Shown here piece after piece: positions 30,301-38,140 of a stretch of 64,000 nucleotides of DNA. The notes beneath the pieces are model-generated. The model worked only from the letters and a program-made list of their open reading frames with translations, did not search any database and had not been told where the DNA came from. The position numbers and the translations under genes are program-made. Within the stretch, counting starts at the first letter, position 1; each line of letters starts with the position of its first letter. This DNA is from Candidatus Dormiibacterota bacterium (GTDB taxonomy: Bacteria > Chloroflexota > Dormibacteria > Aeolococcales > Aeolococcaceae), in assembly GCA_963808125.1 (NCBI GenBank), contig CAWEEP010000059.1:39380-103379 (forward strand). The letters run 5' to 3'.

Positions 30301-30442
30301 TTTCACGACACTGCCGCGCGTGGGTTCGACCGTCTTCCTGAGAGTCTGCAGCTGCATCCAGTGGCACGGGTACGCCGCCGGCTCGCTTCATCTCCTCTTG
30401 CAGGGGGCGCCCACCGACATGACCGTGCGGGCGCTGCCATGA
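27370..30442 (+). CDS. Very large polytopic membrane protein (about 1020 aa) with C-terminal extracytoplasmic domain, GT-C-like glycosyltransferase candidate; two frame breaks (about nt 29501-29509 and 30226-30234)
   Basis: ATG at 27370. At least 15 hydrophobic helices. The first loop carries …TFYDFDIYQYLDYLY… (acidic DxD-like motif as in GT-C). The C-terminal roughly 300 aa is soluble (…VDFAEEMGVTYYLLGRVPGAPFVVISSAQ…). Frame 1 to frame 2 joins at a C5 run (tcccccaacc). Frame 2 to frame 3 joins at cccctccgg. The final C-terminus …ATIQVTDQTLGAKASHVISFTTLPRVGSTVFLRVCSCIQWHGYAAG…RALP* overlaps the next gene start (ATGA). Confidence 0.6.
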
Positions 30443-31455
30443 CCGCGGCATCCGCTCTCCAGCTCCCCACCGTCCGACGGGCATGTATCACCGGAGGTGC
30501 GGGGTTCATCGGCAGCAACCTGGCGGACGCGTTGCACGCGCGTGGCGCCGAGATCGTGGTCGTCGACAACTTCCGGACAGGACGACCCGACTTCCTGGCG
30601 TCGCTCGTAGGCTCGCCACGGTTCACGCTCATCGAAGGGGATGTGCTCGACCCCAAGGTCATGGCCCGGAGCCTTGAGGGGTGCGACTGGGTCTTTCATC
30701 TCCAAGCCAATGCCGACGTGCGCGACGGGCTCACGCATCCCACCGTGGATCTCCGACTCAACACCATCGCCACCTCGCATGTCCTCGAGGCGGCGCGCGT
30801 CGCCGGCGTGACGCGCGTCGTCTTCTCATCGACGGGCTCCGTGTATGGCGAGCCGCTCCTCGTGCCGACACCGGAGGACGCTCCTTTCCCCCTCCAAACC
30901 TCTCTGTACGGCGCCTCCAAGCTCGCCGGAGAGGGGTTGGTGGCCGCGTACTGCGAGGGATTCGGTTTCACCGGGGTGATCCTGCGTTTCGTCTCAATTC
31001 TTGGCGAGCGGTACACTCACGGCCATGTTCGCGACTTCCACCGCGCGCTGAGGCGAGACCCGTCGCGGCTGCGCGTGCTCGGCGACGGTTTGCAGCGGAA
31101 ATCCTACCTCTATGTGCAGGACTGCGTCTCGGCCATGCTCCTGGCCGTGGAGCGTCACGCCCGTATCGCTGGCGCCCACGTGTACAACCTGGGGCTGCGG
31201 GAGACAGTGACAGTCGACGAGTTGGTCGGCATCATCACCGAATGGCTCGGCGTGACCCCGGCCATCGAGCACACCGGCGGACCCCGCGGATGGATAGGCG
31301 ACAGCCCGCTGATCGATCTCGACACTACCAAGATCCGCTCTCTCGGCTGGGAGCCGACGCTGACGATCCGAGAAGCGATCACCCGGACACTCGATTGGCT
31401 CGACCAGACGGATCGGGCGGCGAAGCCCGCGGCGAGGCGGCGCGCGAATGTGTAG
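30439..31455 (+). CDS. NAD-dependent epimerase/dehydratase (extended SDR), paralogue of 17423-18411
   Basis: CITGGAGFIGSNLADAL, the YGASK catalytic motif, …RFVSILGER…, …IDLDTTKIRSLGWEPTLTIREAITRTLDWL…. Intact. Confidence 0.85.
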   Translation: MTAASALQLPTVRRACITGGAGFIGSNLADALHARGAEIVVVDNFRTGRPDFLASLVGSPRFTLIEGDVLDPKVMARSLEGCDWVFHLQANADVRDGLTHPTVDLRLNTIATSHVLEAARVAGVTRVVFSSTGSVYGEPLLVPTPEDAPFPLQTSLYGASKLAGEGLVAAYCEGFGFTGVILRFVSILGERYTHGHVRDFHRALRRDPSRLRVLGDGLQRKSYLYVQDCVSAMLLAVERHARIAGAHVYNLGLRETVTVDELVGIITEWLGVTPAIEHTGGPRGWIGDSPLIDLDTTKIRSLGWEPTLTIREAITRTLDWLDQTDRAAKPAARRRANV

Positions 31456-31479
31456 GTTCTCGGTCGGAGCGCGCGCGCC

Positions 31480-32466
31480 GTGGGCGTGATCTTCGCCAGA
31501 GCGCCGCTCAGGATCTCACTAGGCGGCGGCGGCACCGACCTGCCGTCGTATTACCGCGACCACGAAGGCTTTCTCATCGCCGGGGCGATCGACAAGTACG
31601 TCTACCTGCTCGTGCACACGGTCTTCCAGCGCCGCTATCGGATGAAGTACTCGCTGCTCGAGGAGGTGGACGATGTCCGTGAGATTCGCCACCCCATCCT
31701 GCGCGAGACCCTGAGCCGGCATTGGCACGGCAATCCGTTGGAGATCGCCTCGGTGGCCGATGTGCCGGCGGGCACAGGAATGGGCTCCTCGGGCGCCTTT
31801 ACCGTGTGCCTTCTCAAGGCCCTGGCGCAGGCACGGTCGACGTCCATCACGCCTTTGGCCCTGGCCGAGGCAGCCGCGGACATCGAGATGAACGTCCTCA
31901 GAGAGCCCGTCGGCAAGCAGGACCCGGATGTCGCCGCCTTCGGCGGCATCTGCGCCTACACCTTCCATCGCGACGGCAGCGTGGACGTCGAGCCGCTCGA
32001 GCTGTCCGAGCGCACCCTGCGCCGGCTGCGCGACCAACTGCTCCTCTTCTACACGGGCGAGACGCGGTCGGCGGCCGCCATCCTCTCCGACCAGGATCGC
32101 CGCTCGCTCGCCCGAGACCAGTCGATGGTTGACAACCTTCATCACATCAAGCAGATCGGCCTGGAGAGCCGCGAGCTCCTGGTGAGCGGCGACCTGGAGG
32201 GGTACGCCGCCCTGATGCACACCCACTGGGAGTACAAGCGACAGCGAACGACCGGGATCAGCAGCGAGCGGATCGATCAGTTGTACGCATTGGCACGCGA
32301 GAGTGGCGCGCTGGGGGGAAAGCTCGTCGGCGCGGGCGGTGGTGGATTCCTTCTTGTCTTCACCCCGCAGCCGGAGAGCACCCGCGAGGCGATGACGTCG
32401 GCCGGCGCAATCGAGCTCCCCTTCACATTCGAGTTCTCCGGCGCGACGGCGAGCGAGTTCCGATGA
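31480..32466 (+). CDS. hddA: GHMP kinase, D-glycero-alpha-D-manno-heptose-7-phosphate kinase-like
   Basis: APLRISLGGGGTDLPSYY (GHMP motif I), …PAGTGMGSSGAFTVCLL… (motif II), …GAGGGGFLLVF… (motif III). Gene order and paralogy match GDP-heptose clusters. Confidence 0.85.
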   Translation: MGVIFARAPLRISLGGGGTDLPSYYRDHEGFLIAGAIDKYVYLLVHTVFQRRYRMKYSLLEEVDDVREIRHPILRETLSRHWHGNPLEIASVADVPAGTGMGSSGAFTVCLLKALAQARSTSITPLALAEAAADIEMNVLREPVGKQDPDVAAFGGICAYTFHRDGSVDVEPLELSERTLRRLRDQLLLFYTGETRSAAAILSDQDRRSLARDQSMVDNLHHIKQIGLESRELLVSGDLEGYAALMHTHWEYKRQRTTGISSERIDQLYALARESGALGGKLVGAGGGGFLLVFTPQPESTREAMTSAGAIELPFTFEFSGATASEFR

Positions 32467-33455
32467 GCGGCCACGCGCTGCGGGTGGGCATCGCCGGCTG
32501 TGGGCTCGATCGGCGCGAAGCGGGCGAAGGTCCTCGGTACGGATCGTCTCATCGGCTGCTATGACATCGACCCCGACGCCGCCGAACGCCTGGGGGCGCC
32601 CACGGCGCCGCCGCGTGCCCCTCTCTGGGGAACTGATCTCCCTCCACCCCGATGTCGTCATCGTCGCGGCGATCCACAGCGAACTCTCACGCATCGCCTG
32701 CGAGGCGCTGGCCGGCGGCTGCCACGTCCTGGTGGAGAAGCCCGCCGGTGCCAGCCTCCACGACGTCGAAGCCATACGCGAGGCCGCGGCGGCGTCCGGG
32801 AAACTGGTGAAGGTCGGCTTCAACCACCGGTTCCACCCGGGCATCGAGCGTGCCGTGAGCGAGGCCATGTCCGGGTCGCATGGGCCGGTGATGTTCATGC
32901 GGGCTCGCTACGGGCACGGCGGCCGCATCGGATACGAGCGGGAGTGGCGGGCCGATCCGGCCCGGTCGGCGGTGGCGAGATCATCGATCAGGGTATGCAC
33001 CTCCTCGATCTCTCCTACTGGCTCTTCGGCGCGCTGCCGCTGACCGGCTCGCTTCTGCGCACGCATTTCTGGCAGGCGCCCGTCGATGACAACGCCGTGC
33101 TCATCCTGGGCGAGCGGGGCGGCGTCGGTGTCCGCTCCCCGTGGTCATTGATCCACGTGAGCTGGACCGAGTGGAAGAACCTCTTCTCGCTGGAGATCTA
33201 CTGCGAACGGGCCAAGCTGGCGGTCGACGGGCTGACCCGGTCATATGGGGCCCAGGAGCTGCGCATCTACCGGATGAGGCCGGAGCTTGGGCCCCCCGAC
33301 GTCGAGCATCTCCGCTATGCCGAGCGCGACGTCTCCTGGGAGCGCGAGTGGGAACACTTCGCCGGCGCCATCCGGCTCGGTGACGGCCGGCCACTCCTCG
33401 GTGATCTCGACTGGCGGCGTACGCGTGGCAGTGCGTGGAGGAGGCCGTCCGGTGA
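32463..33455 (+). CDS. Gfo/Idh/MocA-family NAD(P)-dependent oxidoreductase; at least four frame breaks
   Basis: ATG at 32463 overlapping the hddA stop. MSGHALRVGIAGCG|SIGAKRAKVLGTDRLIGCYDIDPDAAERLG|…ELISLHPDVVIVAAIHSE…EKPAGASLHDVEAI…VKVGFNHRFHPG…EREWRADPA|GGGEIIDQGMHLLDLSYWLFG… across frames. The breaks fall in ggg/ggggg/ccc runs at about 32503, 32594, 32963 and 33415. The stop overlaps the SDR GTG start. Confidence 0.65.
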
Positions 33456-34320
33456 GCCGGCGCATCGTCGTCACCGGCGCCGGTGGCGGCATCGGTGCCG
33501 CCACCGCCCGCCACCTCGCCTCCCTTGGCGACCGGCTGCTGCTGGTCGGCCGCCGGGAGGCGGCGCTCGAGGAGGTCAGGGCGTCACTTCCCGGTGGCCC
33601 CCACATGTCCCTGGCCCTCGACGTCTGCAACGAGAGGGCGTGGACCTTCGCCGCGAATTGGCTGGCGCCAGGGGACGCTGGATGGGCTGGTCACCGCTGC
33701 CGGTGTGCTGGGGCCAATCGGTCCCCCCGGCTCCTGGGACGTCGACGCGTTCCGGCAGACCATCGAGATCAACCTCGTCGGCACTCTCCTCTCCGTCCTC
33801 AGCCTGCTGGCGCCACTTCGGGCCGGCCACGGTGCAGTGGTCGCTTTCTCGGGAGGGGGTGCCACATCCCCCTTGCCGCGCTTCGACGCCTACGCCGCCT
33901 CTAAGGCGGCGGTGGTGCGACTGGTCAACCTCGCGGTGGAACTCGCGCCGGACGGAGTGCGGATCAACTGCGTGGCACCGGGCTTCGTGGCCACGGCCAT
34001 CCACCAGGCGACCATCGACGCGGGGCCGCAACTCGCCGGCGACGCCTACTACGAGCGCACCCGTCGCGCCCTCGACGTCGGCGGCGACTCCGCGGACACG
34101 GCCGCCGAACTGACCGCCTTCCTCCTCTCGCACGATGCCGAGGGGATCACCGGACGGCTGCTCAGACGCCCGGTGGGACCCGTGGACCGATCCGGTCTTT
34201 CGCGAGCGCCTGCGCAGCGACCCCGACCTGGCCCGGCTCCGCCACATCGACGACCAGGCTTTCACGGCGCGTCGGCGGCCTCGCCGCGCAGCCAGATCCG
34301 GATCAGCCCCTTGTTCTTGA
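33452..34320 (+). CDS. Short-chain dehydrogenase/reductase (SDR); two frame breaks; 3' end abuts the IS element
   Basis: GTG at 33452. RIVVTGAGGGIGAATARHLA (TGxxxGxG), …AFSGGGATSPLPRFDAYAASKAAVVRL… (YxxxK), …INCVAPGFVAT…. Breaks at about 33668 and 34165. The C-terminal 20 codons may be IS-derived. Confidence 0.6.
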
Positions 34321-35565
34321 TCTGTCCGAACACCGGCTCCACCACCTGCTGGCGCAACCGGTAGCGCTCTCGCCCCCGCTTGGTCATCAGCCTGCGCTTC
34401 ATCCGCTCCCGGCGCGTCAGCCCCGCCGGAATCCGGCCCCGCGGCGACGGAGGGCACCGGTAGCTCCGCGGCATCCGCCCGGTGGCCACGTAGGCGGTGA
34501 CGCCGAGCTCATCCAGCGCCTCGAGATTGGCCTCCGAGCAGTAGCCGGCGTCCGCCGAGAGCTCCCTCGGCAGCCCACCCAGGTTGGCCTCGATCTCGGC
34601 CACCACCTCCAGCAGTTGCGGGCAGTCGGCAGCGCTGTTGGTCAGCCTGGCCGCCACGATCACCTGCGACGAGGCGTCCACCGCCGCCTGCCCGTTGTAG
34701 CCCTGGATGAAGGCCCCCTCGCCGCCCTTCATGATCCGCGACTCCGGGTCGGTGAAGTTCTGCTGCGCCTTGGCCTCCGGCTCCGTCTTCCCCTCGGCCT
34801 GGGCCCGCTCCTTCAGGTCCTTGATCGCCGTGCGGATCGCCTCTCGCCGCTTCGCCGCCGTGCGCAGGTTCTCCGGCAGCTCGTCGCCGTCGTTGTCCGC
34901 CCCGTACTTGGCGTCCTCCTCGGCGTCGGTCTGGTCGCACTCCCGAAACCACTTGTCCAGCTCGGCGGTGATCCGGTCCACCTCCGGCTGCATCCGGTCG
35001 TAGCTCATGGCCGCATGCTTGCTGGCGTTCGCCTTCAGCTTGGTGCCGTCCACCGCCACGTGGTCCAGCTTCACCAAGCCCTCCTCACGGCAGAGCAGCA
35101 GCACCTGCTGGAACAGCCCTCCCAGCGCCGCCAGGTGGCGCAGCCGGAAGCTGTTGAGCGTTCGGAAGTCAGGCCGGTTGCCCGCCGCCAGCATCATGCA
35201 GCCGACGTCCCGAGTGGCCAGCCTCGCCAGCTTCCGGCAGCTGCGGGTGCCCACCGCGTAGGCGTACAGCCACAGCTTGGTCATCGTCCGAGGGTGGTAC
35301 GGCGGATAACCGCGCAGCTCCTCCTCGTACACCGCCTCGATCTCGGACAGGTCAAGCGCGTCGACGATGTCGCTGATGAAGTGGGCCATGTCCCCCTCGG
35401 GGACCCACTCCTGCACCGACGAAGGCAACAGCAGCATCTGGTTGGGAGCGTACGGGCGGAACGTCTCCGGCATCCCCAGATTGACTCACATCCGCCCCGC
35501 CACCCGCCAGCGGTTACCGGGACGGGCTGCTAGGGGGGACTCCGGGTCCAGCGTACGACACGGCT
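34200..35565 (-). mobile_element. Insertion sequence (IS1182 family), about 1.3-1.4 kb, boundaries approximate
   Basis: Single transposase ORF flanked by the SDR gene (3' side) and the GT2 fusion gene stop at 35570. No clean terminal inverted repeats could be verified by eye. Confidence 0.5.
34262..35473 (-). CDS. IS1182-family (IS5-superfamily) transposase, DUF772 N-domain plus DDE domain
   Basis: MPETFRPYAPNQMLLLPSSVQEWVPEGDMAHFISDIVDALDLS… (DUF772-type N-terminus). …VAVDGTKLKANAS… and …YCSEANLEAL…AYVATG… give the DDE triad context. C-terminal …VEPVFGQIKNKGLIRIWLRG is characteristic of this family but ends about 20 aa short of typical members. Confidence 0.75.
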   Translation of the reverse strand: MPETFRPYAPNQMLLLPSSVQEWVPEGDMAHFISDIVDALDLSEIEAVYEEELRGYPPYHPRTMTKLWLYAYAVGTRSCRKLARLATRDVGCMMLAAGNRPDFRTLNSFRLRHLAALGGLFQQVLLLCREEGLVKLDHVAVDGTKLKANASKHAAMSYDRMQPEVDRITAELDKWFRECDQTDAEEDAKYGADNDGDELPENLRTAAKRREAIRTAIKDLKERAQAEGKTEPEAKAQQNFTDPESRIMKGGEGAFIQGYNGQAAVDASSQVIVAARLTNSAADCPQLLEVVAEIEANLGGLPRELSADAGYCSEANLEALDELGVTAYVATGRMPRSYRCPPSPRGRIPAGLTRRERMKRRLMTKRGRERYRLRQQVVEPVFGQIKNKGLIRIWLRGEAADAP

Positions 35566-35569
35566 GGGC

Positions 35570-37084
35570 TCAGCTCTCCCGGTACAGCCTGACGAAGCGG
35601 AACTTGAAGCAGGCTCGGACCCAGGTCAGCGGGTCCCGAAAGAAGGCGATCTTCTTGCCCTGACCGAAGGAGCGTGACCGGTACCCGACGGGGATCTCGC
35701 GCGGGTGATAGCCGGCGCGCACCAGCTTCCCGGTCAGTTCCCAGTCGAAGTCGAAGCGATTGGACTCGAAGGTCAACCCGTACAGGCAGTCGCGCCGGAT
35801 CACCTTGTACATCGTGAAAGGATCCCGCAGTCGCTGCCCGTACACGACGTTGAAGAGGGTGAGGAACACCTCATGACCGAGGTTCATGAAGTGGCTCCTC
35901 ATATCGCGCTGGCCGAAGTCCCGCAGCCCCCATGAGCCGTCCGGACTGGTCCGCATGCCGAGGACGAAGCCGACCTCGCCCGAGCGCAGCGGCTCCAGCA
36001 GGACCTCATAGTCGTCGATGTCGTACTCCATGTCGGCATCCTGGATCAGGACGAAATCACCGCGAGCCGCCTCGAGCCCGGCGCGGACGGCGTGGCCCTT
36101 GCCCCGCGGGCGCTCCTCCAGGATGACCCGGACGCGCGGGTGGTCCGAGTGCTGAAGCACCTGGGTCCGAGTGCCATCGGTTGAGTTGCTCTCCACCACG
36201 ATGACGTCGATCTCCATGCCGGGGATCGTCTTGGCGAGCACCAGGCTCATGGTCTTCTCGAAAGTGGAGGCCTCGTTGTATACCGCCATGATCACGGAGA
36301 GCCGTTGGAGGCGCTCGACCGGCGGCGGCAGCGCGCTGCGGCGCGCGCTGACGACGAGCGCGCCATCACAGCGGCGGAGCCGGGGCTCCTCGAAGCCTTC
36401 CCGGAACAGCAGCCCCTGAAGGGTCTCACCGGGAAACGGAGGGGCAGTGTCCGGCCCCGACCCCATCCGGGATCGGTGACGGCCGACGCCCGACGCCCGG
36501 TCGTGGCGTAAATGGAGGACCAACCGCCCACCCGGCCGGAGCCGGCGATACGCCCACGCCAGCAGATCGGCGGGCTCGACGGCCGTTTCGAGGACGCCGT
36601 CGAGGACGCAGACGGAGAGCCCCAGATGGTCTGCGGGGACCCCCAGGCTGCGATCGGTGTCGATCGCGGCGAGTTCAACCCTTTCGAGGGCCGCCGACAC
36701 CTGGAGCGCCGGGGGCAGCCCATCCGACACCCAGAGTGCGCCGCCGTCACCACCACGGGCACCGGCGGAGAGGGGCTCCGCGATGGCGGCGAGAAGGGCG
36801 CTCTGAACGTGGGCCGACGCTCCACGCCCGGCGGGCGCAGGGGCGCGCGCACCCGCAGAGGAGAAGTTCACGGCTCGGGCGATGCTATCCCACCCGGTGG
36901 AGGACCCGCCTCCCCGGCCGATCGGCGCTGCGCGCCGGGATCCGATGCGCCTCTTCCTGCCCGGGTGAGTGTTGTGTACGATTGCTCCGCTTTGGGAAGA
37001 GGGCGCGCACCCCGCGAGGGGACGGACCCGGGTCGGCTCGCCGGTTCGGCGTGCGACGAGGGCTACCCGGATCTGATCGGCCAT
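35570..37084 (-). CDS. Fusion protein: N-terminal methyltransferase-like domain (degenerate SAM motif I) plus C-terminal family-2 glycosyltransferase
   Basis: C-terminal domain …LSVIMAVYNEASTFEKT…VIVVESNSTDGT…FVLIQDADMEYD… (GT2 DxD). N-terminal region aligns with the 26404 MTase core (…ALLAAIAEPLSAGAR—ALWVSDG…RVELAAIDTD…SVCVLDGVLETAVEPADLLAWAYRRLRPGGRLVL…) but has lost the GxGxG. Start uncertain (ATG rc 37084, possible later starts). The upstream 259 codons of the 763-aa ORF are antisense to a + strand MTase and are rejected. Confidence 0.6.
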   Translation of the reverse strand: MADQIRVALVARRTGEPTRVRPLAGCAPSSQSGAIVHNTHPGRKRRIGSRRAAPIGRGGGSSTGWDSIARAVNFSSAGARAPAPAGRGASAHVQSALLAAIAEPLSAGARGGDGGALWVSDGLPPALQVSAALERVELAAIDTDRSLGVPADHLGLSVCVLDGVLETAVEPADLLAWAYRRLRPGGRLVLHLRHDRASGVGRHRSRMGSGPDTAPPFPGETLQGLLFREGFEEPRLRRCDGALVVSARRSALPPPVERLQRLSVIMAVYNEASTFEKTMSLVLAKTIPGMEIDVIVVESNSTDGTRTQVLQHSDHPRVRVILEERPRGKGHAVRAGLEAARGDFVLIQDADMEYDIDDYEVLLEPLRSGEVGFVLGMRTSPDGSWGLRDFGQRDMRSHFMNLGHEVFLTLFNVVYGQRLRDPFTMYKVIRRDCLYGLTFESNRFDFDWELTGKLVRAGYHPREIPVGYRSRSFGQGKKIAFFRDPLTWVRACFKFRFVRLYRES

Positions 37085-37099
37085 GCGCAGGCAGACCGT

Positions 37100-38078
37100 C
37101 ACAGCGGCGGGAGCCTGCGGACCTGTCCTCTGTGCGGCGAGCCACCGCGGCTCAATTCGCGAATCCGCTCGCCCTTCTCGTCGATGACCTTTCAGCTGGG
37201 TCGGTGCGACACCTGCGGTATCGGCCTCGTCCTCGATCCGCGAACCGACTTCGCGAACCTCGACGGGCCCGAGTACTAGGCGGGGAAGGGGGCCGACCCC
37301 TGGATCGACTACGTGGCGGACGAGGCGCCCGGATCCATCCGCGAGATCGAGTGGCGGGGCATCGTGCGGACGGTGGCTGACGTCGTGAGGCGCCGGCGGC
37401 CGGATTCCAGGGCGTGGAACCTCCTGGACTGGGGAGCCGGCCTGGGCGGACTGGTGCGGACGGCTCGACAGCTGGGCATTGAGGCCGACGGTCTGGACGA
37501 GGGTTACGCGGCGACCGTACTGGCCGCCAAGGGCCTTCTGGCTCGACCGATTCCGGAATTGCGTGAGCGCTATGACGTCGTCACGGCGATCGAGGTCGTC
37601 GAGCACCTGACCGACCCCCTGCCGGTGCTGCGCGCCATGGCGAGCTGCCTCAAGCCGGGGGGTTTCCTCTTCATCACCACGGGCAACCTGGCGAAGGCCC
37701 CGACCTCGTTGGACCGCTGGCAATACGCCCGCATCCCCGACGTCCACGTGACCTTCTGGTCGCCTCGAGCTTGGGCGGGGGCACTCGGCCGGATCGGGCT
37801 GGAACTCGGTCCCTCTCCCGATTGCCCGGGTCGACTCGCGCATCGTGCAATACAAGGTCATGAAGGCCCTACCGAGGTACCGCCGTCGGCTGGCCGCGAC
37901 GCTCCCGATGTGGAGGCCCGCGGCGCGGTTCGTCGATTTCAGTCATGGGGTGTCGGGATTCCCCATCGGCGTCAGACCGATGGCGATGCAGGCCAAACCC
38001 ATGGATGCGGCGGCCGAGGTCGAGTTGGTGGGGAGCCCGTCGATCTCGCTCCGCGAAACCCGGGAGGCCGACGTTTGA
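37100..38078 (+). pseudogene. Zinc-ribbon class I SAM methyltransferase (paralogue of 26404-27264) interrupted by an in-frame TAG (37277-37279) and a frameshift near 37825-37840
   Basis: …LRTCPLCGEPPRL…CDTCGIGLVLDPRTDFANLDGPEY*AGKGADPW…LLDWGAGLGGL (motif I)…DVVTAIEVVEHL…LKPGGFLFITT…, then the C-terminus …IVQYKVMKALPRYRRRLAATLPMWRPAARFVDF… in the 37845 frame. This parallels the paralogue domain by domain. The start codon is not identifiable. Whether this is true gene decay or sequence error is open. Confidence 0.45.
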
Positions 38079-38140
38079 ACTGGCGTCGGAGTGGCCGGCC
38101 AGAGGTTGTAATCCGCCCGTGAAGTCGGTATAAGGGCACC

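Noticed and set aside
12780-34320. Interpreting the frameshifted sugar genes (ugd, epimerase, tal, hddC, Gfo, SDR) as a decaying, pseudogenised glycan locus
   Set aside because: The same class of homopolymer indel also hits sufS, parA, the HAD gene and others outside the island at a similar per-kb rate. Essential genes would not tolerate this. So sequencing or assembly error is the more economical explanation. The in-frame TAG at 37277 is the one exception worth checking.
35570-37861. Full 763-aa reading of the minus-strand ORF
   Set aside because: The N-terminal roughly 260 codons are antisense to a plus-strand methyltransferase with intact motifs (LLDWGAGLGGL … LKPGGFLFITT). Only the part from about 37084 downward, the MT-like plus GT2 domains, is kept.
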